Origin: an uncultured Clostridium sp.
Lineage (GTDB): Bacteria > Bacillota > Clostridia > TANB77 > CAG-508
Length of the DNA stretch: 64,000 nucleotides
Direction of reading: 5' to 3'
Assembly: GCA_945946655.1 (NCBI GenBank)
Contig: CAMEWM010000003.1
Location: 28,109-92,108, forward strand
The notes under the pieces were generated by a model. That model did not search any database. It was not told where the DNA came from and saw only the letters and a list, made by a program, of their open reading frames with translations. Below are positions 19,589 through 29,696 of the stretch, one piece after another (position 1 is the first letter of the stretch; each line of letters begins with the position of its first letter). Both the position numbers and the translations under genes were made by a program.

Positions 19589-20980
19589 TTATTTATTATG
19601 ATGTTTTACTACTCCTATAATTGCAATAGCTAATAATCCTACAATCGCTAATGATATTAACATTACATTGTCTCCTGTTTGAGGTATTGGTTCTGGTGCT
19701 ATTGTTTGATCTTTTTTCAATATTATAGAAGGTGATACATCTGAGGTTTCTTTCTGTGTAGTATCATCTGTACCAGTATAGCTTACATCAACTTTTTCAT
19801 TGGTTGGAGTTTCTACATTTATAATTTTTTCATTGAATTTTTCTTTTAATTTTAATTTATATTTAAATGATGCCGTTTCTCCAGCTTGTAGAGTTTGAAT
19901 TGTCCATGTTATGCTGTTATCTTCTTCATTAACAGTTGAAGTTACTGTTCCAATATTTGCTTCTTCAAATATTTCAAAGTCATAATTTTCTACTATATCA
20001 AGTGGGAAATAATCAACTACCGTAATATCCTTTATTTCATTTTTTATAACCACTTTTACATCATTATATACGTCTTTAGTAATTGTGTCTTCAACTGATT
20101 CATCTGACACATAATAGAATTTTCCATAATTAGGTTGTGCCTGTGTCCCAAATATTTCTTCTGCTAAGTCTTTGTAAGTTTTTCCTTTAGCATCTGGTGA
20201 TAGATTTCCATCTGGATCTGGCTGATATGTCGAATCAACACCAGTCATAACAGTTATAATATTTATATTACTATCTACCAATGATTTTAAAGTAGCTTTG
20301 GTGTTGGTTGCTGTTCCTCCAGAATATGTCATAGATGTTCCTACAGAGTTATTTGGAACTCCGTCTGTTAACAATATTAGATATCTATTAACTCCTTCAT
20401 CTGTGCTAAAACCACTTTTTGCTATTTGTAATCCTGCATCAATATTTGTTCTTACGCCCGTGGTTTCTATTCCATCTATAGCTGTAGTAATATCAGCTAT
20501 TTTATTAGTTGGAGCAATTACAAGATTAGCATCCTCCAAAGTTCCTTCTTTAGTGGTATCTGAATTCGAAGAAAATCTTACAACTCCTATTTTAGTAGTA
20601 GGTTGCTCTTTTAGTATAACATCTGCTAAGGATTTAGCTGCTGTAAACACTGCTTCTTTTCTCGTTTTTCCACTCGTCAAAGTATTATCTGACATACTTT
20701 TAGAATCATCAATTACTAAAAACATTTCTGTAGGTTTTATCGATTCGTCTTCACTTCTAAGGTTTTTTACATCAACTTGTAATGTAACTTCCTTTTTTTC
20801 GTTATCCACAGAAAGTAATTGTTTTATTACTTCTCCATCTTCTCCTAATTTTATAGTACAAACATTATCTTTTACTTTCTCTAAAGTTACGTCTTCATTT
20901 GCAGCATACACAAATGTTGTCATAATTACAGACATAATTAATGTAATAATTAAGCTTAATAAAATAAATTTTTTCTTCAT
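19589..20980 (-). CDS. Cell-wall-anchored surface protein with von Willebrand factor A (vWA) domain and C-terminal sortase sorting signal (IPQTG-type)
   Basis: N-terminal signal peptide. MIDAS-type DxSxS motif (LVIDDSKSMSD). C-terminal IPQTGD followed by a hydrophobic stretch and positively charged tail (KHHNK). Confidence 0.8.
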   Translation of the reverse strand: MKKKFILLSLIITLIMSVIMTTFVYAANEDVTLEKVKDNVCTIKLGEDGEVIKQLLSVDNEKKEVTLQVDVKNLRSEDESIKPTEMFLVIDDSKSMSDNTLTSGKTRKEAVFTAAKSLADVILKEQPTTKIGVVRFSSNSDTTKEGTLEDANLVIAPTNKIADITTAIDGIETTGVRTNIDAGLQIAKSGFSTDEGVNRYLILLTDGVPNNSVGTSMTYSGGTATNTKATLKSLVDSNINIITVMTGVDSTYQPDPDGNLSPDAKGKTYKDLAEEIFGTQAQPNYGKFYYVSDESVEDTITKDVYNDVKVVIKNEIKDITVVDYFPLDIVENYDFEIFEEANIGTVTSTVNEEDNSITWTIQTLQAGETASFKYKLKLKEKFNEKIINVETPTNEKVDVSYTGTDDTTQKETSDVSPSIILKKDQTIAPEPIPQTGDNVMLISLAIVGLLAIAIIGVVKHHNK

Positions 20981-21048
20981 ATTATTCTCTCCTTACATAT
21001 ACTATTTTAATACTTTATATCTAAATTTTCAACCTTTTATATAAGATT

Positions 21049-22281
21049 TTAATTATTCTGAATCCATTTTATTCTCTCTTCTCTCAATTTCTCACCAAAT
21101 TTAACACCTTGAAGTTTTGTATATTTACTAAAAATGTATTCACCATTTATTGTATTCAAACATTGATTTCCTATAGTTGCAAAATTAATATCTTGTGCAT
21201 TGGTATTTCTGCTACTTAATTTATCTGCATTAACTATTATTTGTAATCCATTTAACCCTAAGTTTGATTTATTTACTCGTTCTATAAAATCCACTTTTTT
21301 GGAAGGTTTCATTTTATAGAAAATCCCCCCTCTCATATGTTCCCTACAGGCTATTTGCCCACATTTAATCCATAAGGTTGGCACACCAATTCTATTTCCT
21401 AATTTTTCTACTAGTTCTACACCATTTATTTCATGATTATAATGATGAGGATACTCTTCTTTAGGTGTCACACCTTTTCCTAAATCGTGTACTAATGCAG
21501 AAAATCTTATTGCTAAATCAGTAGTTTCTTGAGAAGCATAGTCTAAGACCATTATTGAGTGAACATATGCATCTCCTTCTGGATGATATTGTTCTGGTTG
21601 TAATGCACCTATTAGATTGTATATTTCCTCAAAATGAACATCTAGCACATTTGCTTTTCTCAATATTTCAAAAAATATAGAAGGCTTTCTTGAATTTAGT
21701 GCCTTCTTGAACTCTTCGAATACTCTTTCTTTGGATAAACTGTTTAACTCATTTTTTACTTCATTCATCATTTTTAAGGTCTTTTTTTCTACTTTAAATT
21801 CAAGTTGTGTAGCAAACCTAGCAACTCTATATACTCTTAACGGATCTTCTTTAAATGCTGGCGTTGTAGCTCTTATAATTTTATCTTTCAAATCTTTTTT
21901 TCCATTAAATGGATCTATTATTTCTTTCGTTAACACATTTTCTGCTATAGAGTTGATTGTTATATCTCTTCGAGACAAATCTTCCTCTATTGTTATATTT
22001 TCATTTGTTATTATATTAAATTCTTTATGACCAACTCCATTTTTAGTTTCTGTCCTAGCCATTGCAAATTCTTTTCCCATCAATGAAAAAACCGCAAATG
22101 ATTTTCCTCTTATCTTTGCTTCCGGAAACATTTTAATAAATATATCTGCGGTGATTCCAGTAATACAATAATCTTCGTCATTAGTATCTCTGCCTAATAA
22201 TCTATTTCGTAAAGCTCCTCCAACTAGATAAAGAGTACCTCCTGATTTTTTTATTTTATTAGCTATATCTACAATGGTCAT
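21049..22281 (-). CDS. cca: CCA-adding tRNA nucleotidyltransferase (Pol-beta head plus HD domain)
   Basis: N-terminal GGALRNRLLG...DxD nucleotidyltransferase motif and a C-terminal HD domain (HDLGK). Confidence 0.9.
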   Translation of the reverse strand: MTIVDIANKIKKSGGTLYLVGGALRNRLLGRDTNDEDYCITGITADIFIKMFPEAKIRGKSFAVFSLMGKEFAMARTETKNGVGHKEFNIITNENITIEEDLSRRDITINSIAENVLTKEIIDPFNGKKDLKDKIIRATTPAFKEDPLRVYRVARFATQLEFKVEKKTLKMMNEVKNELNSLSKERVFEEFKKALNSRKPSIFFEILRKANVLDVHFEEIYNLIGALQPEQYHPEGDAYVHSIMVLDYASQETTDLAIRFSALVHDLGKGVTPKEEYPHHYNHEINGVELVEKLGNRIGVPTLWIKCGQIACREHMRGGIFYKMKPSKKVDFIERVNKSNLGLNGLQIIVNADKLSSRNTNAQDINFATIGNQCLNTINGEYIFSKYTKLQGVKFGEKLREERIKWIQNN

Positions 22282-22341
22282 ATTCTTTTCTCCTTAAATA
22301 AATTTATAATATTTTTTGTATTTTATCTAAATTTATTCTAT

Positions 22342-23004
22342 CTAATAAATAATTCCTCCTCCATAATCGTTTACATCCATGCCTTTAAAATCCACAAGAT
22401 TTAATTTATATTTTTCAATATGCTGTAATACTCTATCTTTGCTTTCTAACTTCTCTAAATCACCGAATAACACAAAATTATGATCAAAGACAAGGCTTGC
22501 ACCTCCTATAAATCCTTGCATCTTTGTCGGGTTGCCTTCTTTATCTAATAGCTTAATATTTTTTTCAACTATATAAGTAACATCTATTCCATATTTTTTT
22601 AATATATTATAAATACCGTAATCTGTGGTAATACAAGAATTCGAACTGGTAACACATATTGAGCATTTTACATATCCTTGTTTTACCGTAATAGTTGGTT
22701 TTATTGTTTTATCTGTATATTTACTTCCTATTATTCTGTTTCCTATCTGGCACGCATTATATGGAACATCCTTTGGATATTTTCTCTCTACTTTTGACAT
22801 TCCTATAATAAAATTATTTTCTATTATAGGGGCATTAGGCGCACAAATAATTTTATCATTTATTCTACAATAAAATATATCGCTATGTGCAGATATTTGC
22901 TCATATGCATAGTTAGATATAGGTAGTTTCTTTACATTAAAATACTTTGATAAGTAATCCATCTCTACGTCACGTATTCTACCATCGATCAATAAATTTT
23001 TCAT
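22342..23004 (-). CDS. Hypothetical protein (220 aa), no recognisable family
   Basis: Clean ORF with host-like composition between cca and hslO. Several Cys (CSICVTSSNSC). No motif I can assign. Confidence 0.45.
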   Translation of the reverse strand: MKNLLIDGRIRDVEMDYLSKYFNVKKLPISNYAYEQISAHSDIFYCRINDKIICAPNAPIIENNFIIGMSKVERKYPKDVPYNACQIGNRIIGSKYTDKTIKPTITVKQGYVKCSICVTSSNSCITTDYGIYNILKKYGIDVTYIVEKNIKLLDKEGNPTKMQGFIGGASLVFDHNFVLFGDLEKLESKDRVLQHIEKYKLNLVDFKGMDVNDYGGGIIY

Positions 23005-23060
23005 TTAGATACTCCCTAGTAATTACAATCTTTTTATAATATATTATTTGTATTGAAGAT

Positions 23061-23936
23061 TTAGATATTATCAGCCATTTTTTGTAATTCATTTCTAGTA
23101 AATACTTGTTTTGAATTACAGAAGTTGCAAACTATTTCTATTTTTTCTTCTTCATTAATTATATTTTCTAATTCTTTTTTACCAATTGCAATTAAACCTT
23201 TTTCACATTTTTCTCTTGAGCAGTTACATTTATATTCAGGATTCACATTCTCTAATACTTTTAAATTGTTATCACCTGTAACTAATTTTGCAATTTCTTC
23301 TAGCGTCTTATTCTCATCTAGCATTTTGCTTATTGGAGCTATGTTTCTTACCTGTTCCTCAATAATAGATATCTCTTCCTCTGTTGCATCTGGCATCAAT
23401 GATAATTTATATCCGCCTGCTGATTTTATTCCGTTTTTATCTACAAGTACTCCTAATGCGATTACAGTCGGAGTTTGTTCAGATGTAGCAAAATAATTTG
23501 TAAAGTCTTCTGCTATTTCTCCACTTACTATTGGAGTCATTCCTACATATGGATTTCCAACACCTAGATCTTTTACAATATATAACATACCTTTTGTCCC
23601 TACGGCTTTTCCTACATCTAGTTTTCCATTTTCTTTTAATGGTAAGTCAATTTGAGGATTACTTACATATCCTTTAACATTACCATTTTTGTCTGATACT
23701 GCAGTAAGCATTCCTATTGGTCCTTCTCCTTTAATTTGATTAGTCACAGTCGCTTCATCCGATTTTAACTCATATCCCATAATACTAGTTATTGTTAGCA
23801 ATCTTCCTAGAGCTGCTGAAGCTGTTGGACTTAAATCATGTATTTTCCTTGCTTTTTCTACAATTTCAGCTGATGATATACATTTTATACTTACTTTACC
23901 ATTATATGCTAAACAATCTATTATTCTATCTTTCAT
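23061..23936 (-). CDS. hslO: Redox-regulated chaperone Hsp33
   Basis: 291 aa. C-terminal zinc centre CxC...CxxC (CNCSREKC...CNFCNSK). Confidence 0.9.
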   Translation of the reverse strand: MKDRIIDCLAYNGKVSIKCISSAEIVEKARKIHDLSPTASAALGRLLTITSIMGYELKSDEATVTNQIKGEGPIGMLTAVSDKNGNVKGYVSNPQIDLPLKENGKLDVGKAVGTKGMLYIVKDLGVGNPYVGMTPIVSGEIAEDFTNYFATSEQTPTVIALGVLVDKNGIKSAGGYKLSLMPDATEEEISIIEEQVRNIAPISKMLDENKTLEEIAKLVTGDNNLKVLENVNPEYKCNCSREKCEKGLIAIGKKELENIINEEEKIEIVCNFCNSKQVFTRNELQKMADNI

Positions 23937-23937
23937 T

Positions 23938-24888
23938 TTATTCTTCTCCTTTTTTTATAAATTTAGATACAAAAAATCCCTCCATATTTTTTGAAGGCAA
24001 TATTCTCATTGCATTATTTATAGATTTATCCAGCCCATTATTAAATGCTGGAATTCCTTCTCTTATTTCTATATTTAATGGTACAAGTTTTATATTAAAA
24101 TTATTAATCGCCCAGTCTAGTATACATTCATTTTCTTCTTTATTTAATGTACATGTAGAATACACTAATGTTCCATTAGGCTTTAGTGCATTGTAAGCAC
24201 TTTTAAATAATTTTTTCTGCATCTTTGTAAGCTCTTTTACAGTTCTAGTAGACCATGATTTGTAAGTTTGAACATTATAAATAGAGAATCTTCCTTCTCC
24301 ACTACATGGAGTATCAAGCAAGACCTTATCAAATTTTTCATTATATTGTTCTCCTAACTTTTCTCCACGTCCATTTATAACTTCAACAATTTTGGCTCCT
24401 TGCACAATTACATTATATTTTAATCTCTCACATCTTAATTTGTCTAATTCATTTGCTAAAATATAGCCTTTTCCGTTCATTAGTGCAGCCATTTGTGTGG
24501 TCTTACTTCCCGGAGCTGCAGTTACATCCAATATGCACTCGCCTTCTTTTGGGTCAAGCACTAATGGTGGTACCATGCTTGACAAGCTTTGAAGATATAT
24601 ATATCCATTTTTATAAATGTCCAATTTTTGTATTTCTTTTTCATTTGCATTTTTTATTATCAGAGCATCTTTATACCATAATATTCGCTCAAACTTTATA
24701 TTAATTTCTTTAAAATATTTCATTAAATCTTGTATATTATATTTTAGTGTGTTAACTCTTATAGTTGTATATCTTTTTTCAGCTATTCCTCTAAATATAT
24801 TATCAACTACTCCTGGAGAAAACATTGTATATAAATTATCTACAAATTCTTCCGGTAATCTATTTTTTATTTCTGTAATTGATGGCAT
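23938..24888 (-). CDS. RNA cytosine-C5 methyltransferase, NOL1/NOP2/Sun (RsmB/RsmF) family
   Basis: SAM-binding motif (DVTAAPGSKTT) and catalytic PCSG / TC motifs (DTPCSGEG, YSTCTLN). Confidence 0.85.
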   Translation of the reverse strand: MPSITEIKNRLPEEFVDNLYTMFSPGVVDNIFRGIAEKRYTTIRVNTLKYNIQDLMKYFKEINIKFERILWYKDALIIKNANEKEIQKLDIYKNGYIYLQSLSSMVPPLVLDPKEGECILDVTAAPGSKTTQMAALMNGKGYILANELDKLRCERLKYNVIVQGAKIVEVINGRGEKLGEQYNEKFDKVLLDTPCSGEGRFSIYNVQTYKSWSTRTVKELTKMQKKLFKSAYNALKPNGTLVYSTCTLNKEENECILDWAINNFNIKLVPLNIEIREGIPAFNNGLDKSINNAMRILPSKNMEGFFVSKFIKKGEE

Positions 24889-24988
24889 ATTTTTTCCTTT
24901 CTTTTGAATTATTTTATTATATAATCAATTTATTCTAAATTGTACTTTTATTTATATGAGGCAGGTTCATCGAACCCGCCTTTTTTGC

Positions 24989-26374
24989 TTAGGATTCATA
25001 CACGATAATTGGCATTGTGTCGTCTATATTTTCATATATTATATTTGCCTTATCTGCCGGTAAGTTCACACAACCATGAGATCCATTTGTCAGGTATATT
25101 TCTTTTCCAAACTGTTTTCTCCACGATGCGTCATGCATACCGATTCCTTTGTTAAATGGCATCCAATATTGCACAAACGAAGAATATCTTGTTCCATTAT
25201 CATTGAAGCCTTTTAGATATACATTTCTAGCTTTATATGTCAAGTAGAACACTCCTGTCGGAGTATTATGTCCGGCTTCAACATCCCCTGTAACACAAGG
25301 GGAATCCACAATAAGCGCTCCATCTTTATACATCCATACATGTTGCCTAGAAATATCTATCTCCACATGGCTCGTCATATGTTCTGAAATAAGTTCTCTA
25401 TCATAAATTGGCATCGTGTTAATTGGTTCAGAATTGCCTAACATATCTTTTATTATAGCTATTTCGGTTTCTTTATCCAGTTGCGCCCGTACTTTTTGTG
25501 GTACATTAACAGTAACCATTTCCATAGAATCGGCTGCGATGAACTGCATATTTGAATTAGCTTCATTCACCATAACAGCAAGATTTTCCACAAAGTCATA
25601 AATTCCTTGATCTGTATTTATTACAAACTCTCCATTTTTATCTTGGTATACCCAATGCTTAATTGTATTAGAGTCTAATGTCACAACGTTACCATTGCTT
25701 AGGTTAAAATTGATAGAACTTCCTAATATAGAATTGAGATAATCTCTTTTAGGTATCAAGTCCTCCTCCACGATTTCTGGATCTATTTTTGTAATTGTTG
25801 AAAAATCGATTTGTTCATCCTGATTTTCCAATTTTTTAATAGCTAGTTCCATTGCTTCATCAAAATTAATCTTGCTACCTAGACATTCCTTTTTTATTGA
25901 AAATTCAGTATCATTCCAAGTCAGATACGCATTTTCAGGGTCAACCATGTTTTCCTCTTTTAATTCAGGTATCTGTCTAAGAAATTGTTCTACTAACGCT
26001 CTATCTACTGAAATAAAACTAATTAAATTATAGTCTCTTTCTTCCCTCCAATTTACATGCTGTTTTTCAAATATCTGCTCAATCTGATAAATGTCAATAC
26101 TAATTCCAAACTGTCTCAAATGTGTGACATACTCTTCTCCATCACTAAAAATGAATGATATCGCATTTTCACCTTTTTCTTTGCTAATCTTTGTAACTGC
26201 TTCATCAATGCTTAAATACGAACAATCAACGTTTTCTATTTTGGTGTTTCCTAAGAAATGTGTCTGACAAAAGTAATGTGCTCCCAAAAACGCGATTAAA
26301 AGAAGTATTAGAGCTAAAACACCCCCTACTATGCTCTTTGTCCGTTTTTTCTGCCATTTCATTTCAAAATCCAT
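24989..26374 (-). CDS. L,D-transpeptidase (YkuD domain) with N-terminal TM anchor and putative VanW-like, peptidoglycan-binding region
   Basis: C-terminal YkuD catalytic motif (GMHD...SHGCVNL). N-terminal single TM. Confidence 0.85.
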   Translation of the reverse strand: MDFEMKWQKKRTKSIVGGVLALILLLIAFLGAHYFCQTHFLGNTKIENVDCSYLSIDEAVTKISKEKGENAISFIFSDGEEYVTHLRQFGISIDIYQIEQIFEKQHVNWREERDYNLISFISVDRALVEQFLRQIPELKEENMVDPENAYLTWNDTEFSIKKECLGSKINFDEAMELAIKKLENQDEQIDFSTITKIDPEIVEEDLIPKRDYLNSILGSSINFNLSNGNVVTLDSNTIKHWVYQDKNGEFVINTDQGIYDFVENLAVMVNEANSNMQFIAADSMEMVTVNVPQKVRAQLDKETEIAIIKDMLGNSEPINTMPIYDRELISEHMTSHVEIDISRQHVWMYKDGALIVDSPCVTGDVEAGHNTPTGVFYLTYKARNVYLKGFNDNGTRYSSFVQYWMPFNKGIGMHDASWRKQFGKEIYLTNGSHGCVNLPADKANIIYENIDDTMPIIVYES

Positions 26375-26594
26375 CCTTTCTATGTTGTTAAAGTAATTAT
26401 ACTATTAACAAATTGTTTATAGGTACGAATGTCATTATACTATAATTAACATAACATGTCAAACAGATTTCTACATGCTTATAATATGATACCATAATGT
26501 ATGGATATAAGTGCCTGGCAAGGCGATACAAAAACAGTTGCAGAAATAGCATGTGTAAATGATATAAAGAGTTATTAAATCTAATAAATTTTAA

Positions 26595-26623
26595 TTGATT
26601 TGTCCATTTTATATGTTATAATG
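26595..26623 (+). promoter_or_regulatory. Sigma-A type promoter with extended -10 for the 26645 orphan gene
   Basis: TTGATT (26595-26600), 17-nt spacer, TGtTATAAT (26615-26623). AGGAGG RBS at 26631-26636. Confidence 0.5.
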
Positions 26624-26644
26624 AAATTATAGGAGGAATATAAA

Positions 26645-27244
26645 ATGAATAATGAATTAATGATTAACATGCCATCAGACTTTCAAAGAATGAATACCTT
26701 ACCAGAAGATCCTGCTAATTCAATTGCTTATGGAAAACAAACTCAATCATCAACTATGTTTGTGATGATGTATCCAATAAGCAATCAAGCTGCAATGCCT
26801 TATGGAAATGATAAAGTGGTAGTAGATGGTATTCATGGTGTATTATCTGAAACTCAAGGATTGGTTGAAGTCAAATCTGGTTCAACAAAAAATCAAAAAA
26901 GATATATCTATAGTATTGTAAAGACAAAATTAAATCCAAGTGGAATGCAATATGTTTTAACAATGCACATTGATATGAATGATCATGCTATAAATATTCA
27001 ATCATATTTTGATGAAGTAGGAATGACTGGCTTAAGGGATGCAACAATAATGAATAAAATGATTAGTGAAGGAAAAATTACTCCACCAAATATGGATGGT
27101 TGGTTTAAAGATCCTTATGATGAAAATTATAGAAGAGGATTATTGAGAAATGAATCAGAAAAACCAGAGTATGACGCAATGTTTCCACAACATCCTTTAT
27201 CAGAAATGAGAAATTTTATCAAATATTTAGTAGAAAACAATTGA
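26645..27244 (+). CDS. Hypothetical protein (199 aa), monocistronic orphan
   Basis: Strong RBS, own promoter and own terminator. No recognisable domain. Confidence 0.5.
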   Translation: MNNELMINMPSDFQRMNTLPEDPANSIAYGKQTQSSTMFVMMYPISNQAAMPYGNDKVVVDGIHGVLSETQGLVEVKSGSTKNQKRYIYSIVKTKLNPSGMQYVLTMHIDMNDHAINIQSYFDEVGMTGLRDATIMNKMISEGKITPPNMDGWFKDPYDENYRRGLLRNESEKPEYDAMFPQHPLSEMRNFIKYLVENN

Positions 27245-27320
27245 GATTTATCTAAAGACGATAGATATTATATTCACATTTAAAAATGTTACATAAAAAA
27301 GGTATCAGGATACACATTAT

Positions 27321-27362
27321 AAAGAGCTTAGTTTCATTCATCTAAAACTAAGCTCTTTTATA
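27321..27362. terminator. Bidirectional rho-independent terminator
   Basis: aaagagcttagtt-tcattcatctaa-aactaagctcttt hairpin plus T-run, between convergent genes. Confidence 0.65.
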
Positions 27363-28295
27363 TTATCTATTATTTATCCATTCATATACATAATCATAGA
27401 CTTCATATCTTCTATTTCCTTCATGTAGTATGTCGTGTCTTAATTCTTTATATAATCTAATATCTATACTTTCCATTCCTGCTTTTTTAAAATCATTATA
27501 AGCTCTTATTACTCCTTTGCCACATTCCCCTACTGGATCTTTATCTCCTGATAGAAATAAAACAGGCATCTTCTTATTCATTTTCTCAATGTTTTTTATT
27601 TTTCCTGTAAAAGACATCCCTGATAGCATCTCTCTGAAAAGTCCTGCTGAAAGATTATCTCCACGTCTTTTGTCTGCGATGTATTCATCTAGGCTTTTAT
27701 TATCTGAGCATAGCCAATCAAAATCTGTTCTATTGGGAGCAAATACTTTATTATATGTCTCAAATGTTAGTTTCCTTATCATTGGACTTGAATGATCTTC
27801 TCCAACTTTTTTTGCTTCATTTTTAACAGCAAATTTTGCAATTGCAATCTGTAGTGCAGGAATTTCTCCTGTCCCGACTAATATTGCTGCATCCACATTA
27901 TTGGGATATTTTATTAGATATGTTCTTGCTAAAAAAGAGCCTAATGAAAAACCTAATAATATATATGGAATTCCTTGCAATTTTTCTTTTATTTTAGTCC
28001 TACATGTATTCAAATCCTCTACTGCCCAATTCCAACTGCCAACTGGTCCAAAATACATTGGTTGCGCACCTTCTGCTATAGATAAGCCATGCCCTAAGTG
28101 ATCATTTCCCACCACAGCAATGCCTCTGTCTGTCAAATATTTAGCAAAGTCTTCATACCTTAAAATGTATTCCGTCACTCCATGGGCAATCTGCAAAACA
28201 GCCTTTGTTTCCCCATCTGGTAGCCATTCTACTGCATGTATTTTTGTCTTTCCATCTGCCGACATATAATAAAATTCATTCTTTCTCATTTTCAT
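27363..28295 (-). CDS. Alpha/beta hydrolase (lysophospholipase / monoacylglycerol lipase-like)
   Basis: 310 aa. Nucleophile elbow GFSLGS (GxSxG). HG oxyanion-hole motif. Confidence 0.85.
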   Translation of the reverse strand: MKMRKNEFYYMSADGKTKIHAVEWLPDGETKAVLQIAHGVTEYILRYEDFAKYLTDRGIAVVGNDHLGHGLSIAEGAQPMYFGPVGSWNWAVEDLNTCRTKIKEKLQGIPYILLGFSLGSFLARTYLIKYPNNVDAAILVGTGEIPALQIAIAKFAVKNEAKKVGEDHSSPMIRKLTFETYNKVFAPNRTDFDWLCSDNKSLDEYIADKRRGDNLSAGLFREMLSGMSFTGKIKNIEKMNKKMPVLFLSGDKDPVGECGKGVIRAYNDFKKAGMESIDIRLYKELRHDILHEGNRRYEVYDYVYEWINNR

Positions 28296-28503
28296 TCCTT
28301 CTTTCTTTAGTATTTCTATTTATTATTTTCCTATAAATATTTGAACATAAATTATTCCATATTTTTGACTTTTCACTACTCCTATTCCAGTATAATTAAA
28401 ATTGCTGCTTAATATGTTTGCTTTATGTCCGGATGAATTCATTATAAACGTAAATCTCCCTTAATTAAAGGTATTATTTTATGAATGTCCATTATGTATG
28501 TTT

Positions 28504-29658
28504 TTACTTAATAATAATGTTATTCTTTTTTAGTTCCCTTATCAATCCCTCAAAATTGTTTATATCGAATACATATCCCCTCATTCCACATTTTTCGCTT
28601 GCTATTATATTCTGCTCATTATCATCAATAAAAAAACTCTCTTCTGGATTTAATTTGAACTTTTCGAATAATCTATAATATATATTCGCATTTGGTTTCA
28701 TCATTTTCTCTTTCGCTGATATTAAAAATCCATCAAAATATTTGCCACATTCTGAATTTTTTACATATTCATATACTGATATATGTGTATTAGATAATGC
28801 ATAAACATTATAATTATTTTCTTTCAATTTTTTTATTAAGTTACAAATATCCATATTCATAGGCATATATTCATACCATGTGCTCATTATTTTTTCGAGC
28901 TTTTTCTGTAAGTTGCTTGGTAACTTTTCTTTAAATATTATCATAGCTTCTTTATAGTTGATAAGACCTTCATCTAATTTAAACCATTCTTCTGATTTAA
29001 ATATGACTTTTTTCAATATTTCTTTTTCTTCATCATTATCTGCAAATTTTGATACAATATAATCTTCATTCCAACCCAGTAAAACATTACCTAAATCAAA
29101 TATTATATTTTTTATTATATTGTTATTCCTCAATCCATACTTTTTTATATTTTCCTTTGTTGCAAATCCATTTGGCGTCTTTACCTTCTCTAAAAAAGTT
29201 ATTCCCTCTAAATGATCACATTCGTGTTGTATCAATCTTGAAAAAAATCCTTTTAAATTTTTTACTATTTTCTTTCCATCTTCATTATAATATGTTAATT
29301 CTATCTCTTTATACCTTTCAACTTTTCCTCGTATTTCTGGAACACTCATACATCCTTCATATTGGATATCTGTATCTTCTGATAATTTTCTCCAGCTTGG
29401 ATTAATCATTGCTGTTAGTGGTATATCTTCAGCATCATTATAAGTAATATTGTCTTTTGATGCGCCCACCACAATAATTTTCTTATTGACTCCTATCTGC
29501 GGTGCCGCTATTCCCAATCCAGTGCCAAATTGCAATGTCGTTTTTAAATCTTCAATTATACCTATAATCTCCGAATTTATATTTTCAATATCAACTTCTT
29601 CTGATATCTTACCTAGAGCAGGGTCTCCAACTTCCCTAACTTTTAAAACCTTTCCCAT
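28504..29658 (-). CDS. def: Fusion protein: N-terminal peptide deformylase plus C-terminal YihX-like HAD-IA phosphatase
   Basis: PDF motifs I to III (GLGIAAPQIG, EGCMSVPE, QHECDHLEG) in aa 1 to about 165. C-terminal roughly 200 aa carry HAD motifs closely resembling E. coli YihX (FDLGNVL, LSNT, K...FFIDDNEQNI). Single uninterrupted frame. Confidence 0.85.
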   Translation of the reverse strand: MGKVLKVREVGDPALGKISEEVDIENINSEIIGIIEDLKTTLQFGTGLGIAAPQIGVNKKIIVVGASKDNITYNDAEDIPLTAMINPSWRKLSEDTDIQYEGCMSVPEIRGKVERYKEIELTYYNEDGKKIVKNLKGFFSRLIQHECDHLEGITFLEKVKTPNGFATKENIKKYGLRNNNIIKNIIFDLGNVLLGWNEDYIVSKFADNDEEKEILKKVIFKSEEWFKLDEGLINYKEAMIIFKEKLPSNLQKKLEKIMSTWYEYMPMNMDICNLIKKLKENNYNVYALSNTHISVYEYVKNSECGKYFDGFLISAKEKMMKPNANIYYRLFEKFKLNPEESFFIDDNEQNIIASEKCGMRGYVFDINNFEGLIRELKKNNIIIK

Positions 29659-29696
29659 TTATTAGCTCCCATTTTTCCTTAAACTTATTTAATTAT

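Noticed and set aside
24962-24990. Hairpin ggcaggttc-atc-gaacccgcc plus T-run on the + strand
   Set aside because: It is oriented for + strand termination, but both neighbouring genes are on the minus strand. Possibly a weak bidirectional terminator; not confident enough to list.
28481-28678. 65-aa + ORF overlapping the 3' end of the def-HAD gene
   Set aside because: Overlaps a supported CDS, hydrophobic low-complexity translation, no RBS.
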